This document shows, piece after piece, positions 41,526 to 50,334 of a DNA stretch of 64,000 nucleotides. The position numbers were made by a program, and so were the translations under genes. Numbering within the stretch: the stretch's first letter is position 1; every line of letters begins with the position of its first letter. Source of the DNA: an uncultured Gammaproteobacteria bacterium (GTDB lineage Bacteria; Patescibacteriota; Microgenomatia; Levybacterales; GWA1-39-11); NCBI GenBank assembly GCA_964651815.1, contig CAZYWG010000001.1, positions 1,189-65,188 on the forward strand, in the 5' to 3' direction. The notes beneath the pieces were generated by a model, which was not told the origin of the DNA, did not search any database, and worked only from the letters and a program-made list of their open reading frames with translations.

Positions 41526-42668
41526 CTACCATGCAGGAATATATTCCTTCACATTTTGCGCCGTTAAATGAAATTGTCCCGCCGGTATTTTCCCGGACAA
41601 TCCGTAAAAAACTACCTTGCGGACAAGACCCTGAATGATTCTCTCAAGCGAACGGATTCCCGAATCGTATCCCAAAGGTCTTACAATCTCGTCCCAAACA
41701 TTATCATCTATCATTATATCCTGAGTTGTCATCCCCGATTCTTTTAAAACTTTTGGGAACATATAATTTTTTGCAATTGTTATTTTCTCAATATCAGTAT
41801 ATGAAGGCATTTGGATAATTTCAAGACGGTCCAAAACTGCCGTAGAAATATCTTTTGTGTTATTTGACGTTGCAACAAAAAGAACGTTTTGAAGATTAAA
41901 TGGATAATCAATAAAGTGGTCTGAGAATGCCTTGTTTTGCGTAGGGTCCAAAAGTTCAACCAAAACTCCCATAATATCAGCCCTTGCTTCTGCCGAAACT
42001 CGATCAATTTCATCAAGTAAAATGACAGGATTATTTGTCCCTGCCCGTCTTAACGCTTTCATAAGAAGACCCGGCTCGGCATCCGGAAAAAGCCTGGTTT
42101 TTCCGCGGAGTTGAGAAGCAGAACCCATTCCCCCAAATGGAATACGCTCTATTTTCCGTCCTAAAGCTTCAGCAATTGAATATGCGATTGTTGTTTTTCC
42201 TACTCCTACCAAACCGACAAGTGAAATAATTGGTGCGCGGGCAAAAGATTCCACTCCCATTCCTTTTTGTTTTTTGTGGATAATAATTGCCAAATATTCT
42301 AAAATTTTCTCCTTAACATCATTTAAGCCAAAATGATTTGTATCAAGAACTTGCTTTGCATGGACAAGATCCAAAATATCTTCCGAGTTTTTATTCCACG
42401 GTAAATTTGTAATCCATTCTATATATCTAGAAATTGAGTCATATTCAAGAAAAAAACTACCGTCATTTTTTATAATTTTCAAGCGGTTAAGCATAGCCGT
42501 TGCTTTATCATGCAAATCAGGAGGTAAAGAAGCACTATTTATAGACGACTCGAGTTTTCCGAGCTCTGAATCAACGTTAAAACTCCCGTTTGTATTAGTG
42601 TTTGTTTGCGGAGTTGTCGGACTCTCCGTCACACCCGAACTGTCCACTTTTTGAGCAGAATTATCCAT
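41526..42668 (-). CDS. Lon-like AAA+ ATPase module only (no Lon N-terminal domain, no S16 protease domain)
   Basis: Collinear with Lon residues ~250-580: HFGLNDVKEKILEYLAI, Walker A GLVGVGKTT, Walker B ILLDEIDRV, sensor-1 ATSN, VLDRLEII. The ORF terminates (YIPAW*) where the protease domain would begin. The next downstream gene is rnj. Confidence 0.8.
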   Translation of the reverse strand: MDNSAQKVDSSGVTESPTTPQTNTNTNGSFNVDSELGKLESSINSASLPPDLHDKATAMLNRLKIIKNDGSFFLEYDSISRYIEWITNLPWNKNSEDILDLVHAKQVLDTNHFGLNDVKEKILEYLAIIIHKKQKGMGVESFARAPIISLVGLVGVGKTTIAYSIAEALGRKIERIPFGGMGSASQLRGKTRLFPDAEPGLLMKALRRAGTNNPVILLDEIDRVSAEARADIMGVLVELLDPTQNKAFSDHFIDYPFNLQNVLFVATSNNTKDISTAVLDRLEIIQMPSYTDIEKITIAKNYMFPKVLKESGMTTQDIMIDDNVWDEIVRPLGYDSGIRSLERIIQGLVRKVVFYGLSGKIPAGQFHLTAQNVKEYIPAW

Positions 42669-42740
42669 AGTTTAAGTATAACATCATACTAAAATAGATA
42701 ACAGATGAAGAAAAATCGAAAAAAGTTTATAAAAAGCTTG

Positions 42741-42759
42741 ACCCCGATCTAATCGGGGT
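42741..42759. promoter_or_regulatory. Perfect palindrome ACCCCGAT-CTA-ATCGGGGT in a divergent intergenic region
   Basis: 8+3+8 inverted repeat, about 70 nt upstream of the Lon-like gene. Belongs to the CCGAT-N2-3-ATCGG class seen at 2460-2477 and 58783-58799. Confidence 0.35.
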
Positions 42760-42840
42760 TGACAGATATACTATTTCAAATTAAACTAGATGTTAGGTCT
42801 AAAAAAGGCATGTTTAAGATAAAAACTTCTAGTTTCACTA

Positions 42841-42869
42841 TTGACAAAATGCGTCCTATAGGATATATT
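42841..42869 (+). promoter_or_regulatory. Sigma70-like promoter (TTGACA - 17 nt - TATATT). Gives a near-leaderless mRNA for the peptidase gene.
   Basis: -10 ends 11 nt before the ATG at 42881. No Shine-Dalgarno sequence. Confidence 0.5.
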
Positions 42870-42880
42870 ATCACTTAACT

Positions 42881-44566
42881 ATGCTTTTAAAGCGAACTGC
42901 CTTTTTTGCTGCTTGTTTAATGCTTTTCTTAGTAGCGGCTTTAGTGGGAACAAAAACCCAAAGCGCTGCGGAAAAGAAACTCAAAGATATCCCTTCTAGA
43001 AATTTTAAACGCGCCTGTGATGTATCAAAAGAAAATGGCGTTGCAAGCTGCCACATTCAAGTAGTCACTGACGGAAATGGAAAGCCTCAGGCGTCCCCCA
43101 ATGTTGTTTCAGGTTTTGGCACAGTCCAATTTCATTCAGCATACAATTTACCATGTACTCCGGGCGGCCCGGTTGCATCAACATGTTCTACGCCTATAAC
43201 TTTTGGTCCTCAAATAATTGCAATAGTAGACGCGTATAATGACCCCACTGTTGAGAATGACCTTTCAGTTTACAGTTCAACTTATGGACTGCCTGCTTGT
43301 ACAAAAGCAAACGGATGTCTTACTGTTGTTAATCAGTCTGGAGGGTCAATTCTTCCTCAAAACAACAGCAGCTGGGCACTTGAAACTTCGCTTGATGTCC
43401 AAACAGCACATATGATTTGCCAAACCTGTAAAATTTTACTCGTTGAGGCGTCTACTAACAGTCTTCTAGACTTGGCAGTTTCAGTTAATCAAGCAGCAGC
43501 CATGGGCGCAACTTCAATTTCTAATAGCTACGGCGCGTCTGAATGGTCGGGAGAAACAGGATATGATTCTTATTATAATCACCCAAATGTAGCAGTTACT
43601 GCTTCTTCTGGGGACGGTGGATACGGCGCGGAATTCCCGGCGGCATCAAAAAACGTTATAGCAGTTGGCGGAACAACACTTTCACTTTTTACAGATAATT
43701 CTTATTCCGGAGAGTCTGTATGGAATGGGACAGGAAGTGGTTGCTCGGCTTACGAATTGGCGAACAGTTATCAAACTGCGCTTTCCAACTGGAATCTAAC
43801 AAATTGTGGCACCAAACGAGCAATTGCAGATATTGCAGCAGATGCTGACCCAAATACAGGAGCTGCAATTTATGACTCAACGCCTTATAACGGGAGTGCG
43901 GGGTGGTGGATTGTTGGTGGGACAAGTCTTGCTTCACCTATTGTTGCTAGCGAATACGCACTTGCCGCGGTAACAAATTCTAATCCTGCATCAGTTCTAT
44001 ACTCAAATTATAATTTGACTAATTTTCATGATGTTACTTCCGGCTCAAACGGCAATTGCGGCGGAACAATAATGTGTAATGGCGCCGCAGGCTTTGATGG
44101 ACCAACCGGTCTTGGAACATTAAATGGACTTGTGGGATTTGGTGCTTCCATTACTACACCAACACCTACCGCAACACCTACGCCTACACTAACTCCGTCA
44201 CCTACTGATACCCCTACTATAACTCCTTCACCTACCGGTACTCCATCGCCAACCGCAACACCAACTCCTACAAACGGGCCAGATACACAAGCGCCAACAG
44301 TCTCAATAACAAGTCCTCTAAATGGGGGGGTAGTCAAACAATTTCTTAAAACATCAATTTCGGCGGCTGCAAACGACAATGTTGGCGTAACAAAAGTTGA
44401 TTTCTACGTAAACGGAACGCGAATTTCAACAGATTTTACTTCTCCTTATTCAACTAACTGGACCGTACCGTTCGGGAGAAACAGATTATATAATTTGACA
44501 GCAAAAGCGTATGATGCTGCTAATAATGTAGGTACAAGCACCACGGTTACAGTAACTTCCCAGTAA
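42881..44566 (+). CDS. Secreted subtilase-superfamily serine peptidase (S53 sedolisin-like / S8) with Pro/Thr linker and C-terminal Ig-like domain
   Basis: Signal peptide, IAIVDAYND (Asp), SSGDGG and GGTSLASP (Ser) motifs, PT-repeat linker (TPTPTATPTPTLTPSPTDTPTITPSPTGTPSPTATPTPT), then a beta-sandwich tail. Confidence 0.75.
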   Translation: MLLKRTAFFAACLMLFLVAALVGTKTQSAAEKKLKDIPSRNFKRACDVSKENGVASCHIQVVTDGNGKPQASPNVVSGFGTVQFHSAYNLPCTPGGPVASTCSTPITFGPQIIAIVDAYNDPTVENDLSVYSSTYGLPACTKANGCLTVVNQSGGSILPQNNSSWALETSLDVQTAHMICQTCKILLVEASTNSLLDLAVSVNQAAAMGATSISNSYGASEWSGETGYDSYYNHPNVAVTASSGDGGYGAEFPAASKNVIAVGGTTLSLFTDNSYSGESVWNGTGSGCSAYELANSYQTALSNWNLTNCGTKRAIADIAADADPNTGAAIYDSTPYNGSAGWWIVGGTSLASPIVASEYALAAVTNSNPASVLYSNYNLTNFHDVTSGSNGNCGGTIMCNGAAGFDGPTGLGTLNGLVGFGASITTPTPTATPTPTLTPSPTDTPTITPSPTGTPSPTATPTPTNGPDTQAPTVSITSPLNGGVVKQFLKTSISAAANDNVGVTKVDFYVNGTRISTDFTSPYSTNWTVPFGRNRLYNLTAKAYDAANNVGTSTTVTVTSQ

Positions 44567-44654
44567 ACAAAATCTAATTATAACTTTTTAGTCTCATTAA
44601 AACACCGAAAACGGATTACGGATTGAACGGGGGGATAGCTATCTGAGAATTAAA

Positions 44655-47060
44655 TTATCTTCTGTTGCGGTCGTCGCGGGTTCCAGCCGGACGAAGGGAA
44701 TCAAAAGGGGCCGGTCCACTATTTCTTGAACCGCGTCTAAAAGGTGGCCTTCCGCCAGTTCTACTTGGTCCTGAGCTTCTTGGACCGCTTGATCTGTCAT
44801 TTCTGGGTCCATAAGATCCACCACGTGACGGCCCTGAAGAACTTCTAGGAGGTCCAAAACTTCTTGCGTCTCTACGTGGAGGTCTATCTTCTACTTGAAT
44901 TCCTCCCGAATCACGTGGACCTTGTCCACCTCGGTCTGATCCTCCTCCACCTTGACCGCCTTCCGGTCTTTCAGGTCTTTCGCCAAAAATCATTGAAAGA
45001 TTAATTCTTCCGTGCTCATCAACTTCTTTTACATTTACTTTTACTTTTTGTCCAATTTCAACAACATCACTCGGATCTTTTACGTATTCTGTTGACATTT
45101 CAGACACATGAACAAGCCCTTCTTTTCCGGGAACTATTTCAACAAAAGCTCCAAATGTTACAATTCTTTTGACAATTCCTTCAAAAACTTCACCACGTTT
45201 CAGTTCTCGGGTAATAAGGTCAACCCATTCTGCTGCGCGCTCTACTGCCGCTTCATCTATTGCAGAAATTGAAACCGTTCCGTCTTCTGCAACGTCAACT
45301 GTAGCACCAGTTGTTGCTGAAATGTTTCTGATTGTTTTTCCACCGCTTCCAATAACCTCGCCAATTTTTTCAGGATTAATCTTAACTGTCCTAATCTTTG
45401 GGGCATATTTTGAAACATCTTGACGTGCAGATGGAATTACTTTCAACATTTTTTCCAAAACTTCAAGACGAGCAACACGAGCTTTTTCAAGCGTTTCTTC
45501 AACAATTTCGTCGGATAATCCGGGAATTTTTACGTCCAATTGAATTGCGGTTATTCCTTTTGCAGTACCCGCAACTTTGAAATCCATGTCTCCTGAAAAA
45601 TCTTCAAGTCCAATAATATCTGTCAAAACTACAAATTTATCGCCAAGTGTCATAAGTCCGATTGCAATTCCTGCAACTGGAGCTGTGATTGGAACTCCGG
45701 CATCCATTAATGCAAGGGTTGAACCACAAACGGCAGCTTGTGAAGTAGATCCGTTTGAAGACATAATTTCTGAAACAACACGAATTGCGTATGGAAATGC
45801 CGATGCTTCTGGTAAGACTGCTTCAAGCGCTCTTTCTGCCAGTGCTCCGTGCCCAATTTCACGTCTATTCGGGGACATCATGCGTCCCGTCTCTCCAACA
45901 GAATATGGAGGGAAAGAATAATGATGCATGTAACGTTTCTTCTCTTCACCTTCTGGCCCTTCAATTATTTGCTCTAGAGAAGATGGTCCGAGCGTTGCAA
46001 TTGACAATCCTTGAGTTTCTCCACGTGCGAACAAAGCAGAACCGTGAACGCGAGGTATAAGTCCAACTTGAGCAGAGATTGGCCTGATTTGGTCAATTTT
46101 TCGCCCATCCGGCCTTTTTTTGTTATTAATAATTTCCTCACGTACTGTCTTTTTGAAAACATAATCAACCGCACCGGCAACTTTTCCTTTGTCATCTATA
46201 TTTTCTTTTTCAAGTTCATAAATTGCGTCAATTATTTCCTGAAGTTCCGCTCCTACCTCACGGTTCACACCTTTTTCAATTAAATCCATCATCTTGTCCT
46301 TGTATGATTTCTCGACAAGCATCTTTATCTCTTCCATCTTTTCGTCCTTTGCGAGCTCAATTTTTTTGTCTCCAATTTCTTTGACCCATTCATTTATTGC
46401 TTCTTCGATTCTTTCGTTTGCTTCTTTGGCAAGTTTTATTCCGCTATCAACTCTCTCTTCTGTTACTTGCTTGGCTCCTGCCTCAATCATAACTGCTTTA
46501 CCCTGGCGGGATGATACTATTAAATCAAGTTCCATAAAAGGCTCTTCTGTTGCGGCCGGATTTATAACTAATTCCTCTTCCGCGTCTTTTTTAAGAAGTC
46601 CCACACGGGTTACACCAATAGGTCCATTCCATGGGATTTTTGAGAGTGATAAAGCTGCAGAGACACAAACCGCACCCAAAATATCGGGTTTGTTTTCTCC
46701 GTCTACTGATAAAACAGTAATTACTACTTGAATGTCTTTTTTGAGTTCTTTTGGAAAAAGAGGTCTGATAGAGCGGTCAATAACACGTGCTGTCAAAATA
46801 GCCTCGTCCGAAGGTCTTCCTTCACGTTTTACCCAGCGGCTTCCTTTTATCTTGCCTCCAGCGTAAAGTCTTTCTACATATTCAACCGAAAGAGGAAAAT
46901 AGCCAAGAGTGGTATCATTTTTACCCATGACAACGGTTGCAATAACCATTGTGTCACCCATGCGTCCGAGAACAGCTGCCGTGGCTTGTTCTGCCATAAC
47001 ACCGGTCTCGAGCGTGATAGTATTACCGTTTACTTTAATTACTTTCGATGATTTCTTCAT
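44655..47060 (-). CDS. pnp: Polyribonucleotide nucleotidyltransferase (PNPase) with a ~110-aa Arg/Gly/Ser/Pro-rich C-terminal tail
   Basis: Two RNase PH domains plus KH and S1, then the tail GGQGGGGSDRGGQGPRDSGG...RSSGPSRTGGRPPFRRGSR. Confidence 0.95.
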   Translation of the reverse strand: MKKSSKVIKVNGNTITLETGVMAEQATAAVLGRMGDTMVIATVVMGKNDTTLGYFPLSVEYVERLYAGGKIKGSRWVKREGRPSDEAILTARVIDRSIRPLFPKELKKDIQVVITVLSVDGENKPDILGAVCVSAALSLSKIPWNGPIGVTRVGLLKKDAEEELVINPAATEEPFMELDLIVSSRQGKAVMIEAGAKQVTEERVDSGIKLAKEANERIEEAINEWVKEIGDKKIELAKDEKMEEIKMLVEKSYKDKMMDLIEKGVNREVGAELQEIIDAIYELEKENIDDKGKVAGAVDYVFKKTVREEIINNKKRPDGRKIDQIRPISAQVGLIPRVHGSALFARGETQGLSIATLGPSSLEQIIEGPEGEEKKRYMHHYSFPPYSVGETGRMMSPNRREIGHGALAERALEAVLPEASAFPYAIRVVSEIMSSNGSTSQAAVCGSTLALMDAGVPITAPVAGIAIGLMTLGDKFVVLTDIIGLEDFSGDMDFKVAGTAKGITAIQLDVKIPGLSDEIVEETLEKARVARLEVLEKMLKVIPSARQDVSKYAPKIRTVKINPEKIGEVIGSGGKTIRNISATTGATVDVAEDGTVSISAIDEAAVERAAEWVDLITRELKRGEVFEGIVKRIVTFGAFVEIVPGKEGLVHVSEMSTEYVKDPSDVVEIGQKVKVNVKEVDEHGRINLSMIFGERPERPEGGQGGGGSDRGGQGPRDSGGIQVEDRPPRRDARSFGPPRSSSGPSRGGSYGPRNDRSSGPRSSGPSRTGGRPPFRRGSRNSGPAPFDSLRPAGTRDDRNRR

Positions 47061-47141
47061 TTATATTCTGGGGTTTATTTAAGTGGTTTGACTTTTGTTT
47101 TCTTAAGTTTTAAATCTTAAGTCTAAAGTCTTATACTTGAG

Positions 47142-47411
47142 TTATGCGGCCAGTCCTACTTTCTTTCCTATTTCTCCACCCCTGTCCTTATCCATTCTAA
47201 TTAAAAAATTAAAAAGTCTGCGTCTTTTTGAGAGCATATTAAGTAAACCACGGCGAGAATGTGAATCTTTTTGGTGGATTTTTAAATGATCCGTAAGCTT
47301 TTGAATTTGATGAGTCAAAAGTGCAATTTGGACCTCAGGACTTCCCGTGTCACCTTTAACGGTTGCGAATTCTTCTATAATTTTTTTCTTGTCGTCTGTA
47401 GCTAAAGCCAT
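47142..47411 (-). CDS. rpsO: 30S ribosomal protein S15
   Basis: Canonical S15 (LTHQIQKLTDHLKIHQKDSHSRRGLLNMLSKRRRL). Confidence 0.92.
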   Translation of the reverse strand: MALATDDKKKIIEEFATVKGDTGSPEVQIALLTHQIQKLTDHLKIHQKDSHSRRGLLNMLSKRRRLFNFLIRMDKDRGGEIGKKVGLAA

Positions 47412-47539
47412 ATATTATTATTGGTTGTTAGTTCGTGGTTCTAGGGGATTATTTTATTAATTCCTAAGAACTATGAACCAAAATCTAATAACCAACTTGT
47501 ATTTTAACAGATTTGAACCCGATTTTCAATTGGCTCTTG

Positions 47540-48751
47540 TTAATTCCCTTTTCTTGACCCTTTGAAGACCTTGGGGAGAAACCAATCATCTGGAATTTCA
47601 TCTGACGCGGCGTTTTCTGTTTCACCACTCGCTTTATTTATATTGGGAGTATTGAAAATGTCATCTGCAAATGAATCCAAGCTTGGGTTTTGCGTTGGCT
47701 GCGCCGAGGACGCAGGCGGCATTTGCGGTGCCATTTGAGGCCTGTTGGTTGCTGCAACAGGTTGATTTTGAACTGTAGGACTAGGATTTTGGTTTTGGGA
47801 TGGAGCATTGAACTTTAATTTTGGATTGTTGGATTGATTTTGGTTACGAACCGGACCGGCCTGGTTCTGGTTTCTATTCTGATTTTGTGGAACTGATTGG
47901 TTTTGTCCTCTTTGTGACTGTCCACTCTGTCCACTTTGTCCCTGCGGACGCGAGTTAAGAAAATAGTCTTCTTTTGGAAAGCTATCTTGCGCATTAGTAG
48001 ATCTTATATCTTCTTTTTTCTCTTTTCTCTTAGCGCCATTTTGAAGCAAAAAACCGGCTGCTTCAAAAGCAAAAGCAGACGTTGTGGGATGGGTAAAATT
48101 ACGAGTCGCAAAAGTAATTCCATCCATGAGATTTTGGAATGCATCAAGATCTATATCAAGTGCAGCTTCCATAATAAGCGAGGTAACAATTTCTGAAACG
48201 GAAGAAAATGCCGGATCAATTAGATTAACGTCTCCAATAAGGTTATTCATTGGGCTACGGTCTATATGAATTGTACGGACAGACTTTGGGTCAACAAAAG
48301 ATGTGAGCTCTGTTTCATCTAATACGCCAATAGTGATAATTAACGAAGGAGAAGAACCTTTCTTAATATATTGGACGTCGCGTTCATCAAAATTTATGCC
48401 GTTTGTCTCGGCAAATAGGTTTACATTTAGCTTGTCTCCCTCTATATTATATGAGACTTTCTCTATTTCTCCCTCGCGGTAAGGGACTGCAATTGTGACA
48501 ATTTTGGTAAGTCCGTCAAAAGAGTGCCCAATCTGGTCAACACCAAAAAGGTTTGAAACTTCAACTATCGGATCTTTTTTAGAGATTATTTGGACGTTTT
48601 TGCCCATTTGCTCAAGTGTGAGATAAAGGCCAAGGGCCGCGGCTACCGTGTCAATACTTTGGCTTTCACCAAGAATAATTCCAACGCTTGCCTCTGAATC
48701 AAGAAGCTCAAGTATTTGACTCTTTTGGTTTTTTAACAATGAATTCGTCAT
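47540..48751 (-). CDS. DHH/DHHA1-family (NrnA-like) protein with degenerate catalytic motifs and a Gln/Asn-rich C-terminal tail
   Basis: NrnA-like fold and position in the nusA-infB-...-rpsO-pnp cluster. Motif I is GESQSID (not DxD) and motif III is IHIDRS (not DHH). The tail is QGQSGQSGQSQRGQNQSVPQNQNRNQNQ... Confidence 0.55.
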   Translation of the reverse strand: MTNSLLKNQKSQILELLDSEASVGIILGESQSIDTVAAALGLYLTLEQMGKNVQIISKKDPIVEVSNLFGVDQIGHSFDGLTKIVTIAVPYREGEIEKVSYNIEGDKLNVNLFAETNGINFDERDVQYIKKGSSPSLIITIGVLDETELTSFVDPKSVRTIHIDRSPMNNLIGDVNLIDPAFSSVSEIVTSLIMEAALDIDLDAFQNLMDGITFATRNFTHPTTSAFAFEAAGFLLQNGAKRKEKKEDIRSTNAQDSFPKEDYFLNSRPQGQSGQSGQSQRGQNQSVPQNQNRNQNQAGPVRNQNQSNNPKLKFNAPSQNQNPSPTVQNQPVAATNRPQMAPQMPPASSAQPTQNPSLDSFADDIFNTPNINKASGETENAASDEIPDDWFLPKVFKGSRKGN

Positions 48752-48802
48752 TTTAGGTATTTACCGTTTAGCCTCAATAATTTGGCAGATTGTGGCTATT
48801 TC

Positions 48803-50299
48803 TTAGCTGCTAACTTTGCTATAGGCTATTATAACATCTTGTGGCGCAAAGTCAATATCGTGGCTAATCATGATACCGCACTCGGAATTCTTTTGGGCTA
48901 TTTTCACATCTTCTTTTCCCTGCTTGATTGAGGAGATTTCCGCAGCACCCATCTCACGCTCGGCTCTGAAAACCTTAATACGGTCCCCAACGGCAATCCT
49001 CCCTGCGGTCACTTTAAGCCCAAGAATGGCTCCCGTTGTACCCATAAATGAGGCCTGAATTGTGGCTCGTCCCAGCTCTTTTTCAATTTTTTCTTCACCC
49101 AAAACTGATATCAAATTATTGATATCATCAAGCATTTGATAAATTATGTTGTATGATTTATAAAAAACTTTTTCCGAGTCAGCAAGCTGTTTTGCTTCAC
49201 GTGTAACATTTACATTGAATCCCATAACGAGCGCTTTGAAATCCTTTGCCATTAGAATATCTGAAACTGCAATATCCCCTTGCCCTTCATAAATTACTTT
49301 TATGTTGTCGGGCATTGAGTTTTTAACAGCCTCCATTTCTGCGCTTGTCTCACATTTTAAAACAATTGGAATAAATTCAGGGCTATCCACGGTCAAAAAT
49401 TGCATTAAGTCGGCAGGCGTTTGGACAATAATTTCTTTTACTGGCGCAACAATTGGCTCAACTTGCCTGTCATAAATAACAGATCCAGCCGGCAAAACTT
49501 CTGTTAGACCAAGAATTTCAACGGCTTCTCCCGGAAACGCTTCTTTTACATTTTTTGCGTTAACATTAACAATTGCCTTCACTTTTCCTTTTTCTTCCCC
49601 ATGGGCAAAAAGCGCTTGGCCAACAGAAAGCGTCCCTTGTTTTATAACTAAAGAGCCAACAATGCCGCGGCGCATATCGTGCTTTACATCAATTGCTACG
49701 GCCATAAATTCCGTGTTTTTGTCTTTTTTTGCACCCGAATAATCATAAACCAAAACAACGAGGTCAAGCAGATCTTTAACTTTCTCCCCGGTTTTTGAAG
49801 AAACACCAATATAAGGGACATTTCCACCAAGTCCTTCTAATAAAATTCCTTCAGATAAAACCTGCTGTTTTGATTTTTCGATTTGCGCAGTTTCCATATC
49901 AATTTTTGTAAATACCACGATGAATGGGATTTTTGCCTCAAGAATTTTTCCGATTGATTCACGCGTTTGGGGCATTATTCCATCGTCGGCAGCAATTATG
50001 AGTAAGGCGATATCTGCAGCATTAACTCCTTGTGAACGCATATTGGCGAATGCCTCATGCCCCGGGGTGTCTATAAAAGTTATGTGGCGGACCTGACCTT
50101 CGTGTTTTATTTCAATCTCTGAGGCTCCAATTTTTTGGGTAATTCCACCTTTTTCGCGGGCGGCAACAGAAGTTTCGCGGATTTTATCAAGTAATGAGGT
50201 TTTTCCGTGGTCAACGTGGCCTAAAACAGAGACGACTGGCGCGAATTCAGATGTATTTGCTTGCACTGTAACTTTTTTAAGTTTGTCTTTTTTGTCCAT
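48803..50299 (-). CDS. infB: Translation initiation factor IF-2 (short form, 498 aa)
   Basis: G-domain VVSVLGHVDHGKTSLLD, DTPGHEAF, plus the beta-barrel domains. Confidence 0.92.
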   Translation of the reverse strand: MDKKDKLKKVTVQANTSEFAPVVSVLGHVDHGKTSLLDKIRETSVAAREKGGITQKIGASEIEIKHEGQVRHITFIDTPGHEAFANMRSQGVNAADIALLIIAADDGIMPQTRESIGKILEAKIPFIVVFTKIDMETAQIEKSKQQVLSEGILLEGLGGNVPYIGVSSKTGEKVKDLLDLVVLVYDYSGAKKDKNTEFMAVAIDVKHDMRRGIVGSLVIKQGTLSVGQALFAHGEEKGKVKAIVNVNAKNVKEAFPGEAVEILGLTEVLPAGSVIYDRQVEPIVAPVKEIIVQTPADLMQFLTVDSPEFIPIVLKCETSAEMEAVKNSMPDNIKVIYEGQGDIAVSDILMAKDFKALVMGFNVNVTREAKQLADSEKVFYKSYNIIYQMLDDINNLISVLGEEKIEKELGRATIQASFMGTTGAILGLKVTAGRIAVGDRIKVFRAEREMGAAEISSIKQGKEDVKIAQKNSECGIMISHDIDFAPQDVIIAYSKVSS

Positions 50300-50334
50300 A
50301 TTTTGTATTTATAAACTAAGCTTCTCATGACAGA

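Noticed and set aside
44160-44300. Nucleotide tandem repeats that might be mistaken for a CRISPR or minisatellite array (also at 50644-50712 and 57000-57250)
   Set aside because: They are in-frame coding repeats (Pro/Thr linker of the peptidase, NusA tail, stalk protein). They have no spacer/repeat periodicity, and no cas genes are present. I found no CRISPR array in the window.
47062-47141. CTTAAG-rich quasi-palindromes between rpsO and pnp
   Set aside because: They are AT-rich and only partially self-complementary. They could be the known rpsO-pnp processing hairpin or terminator region, but I could not define a convincing stem.
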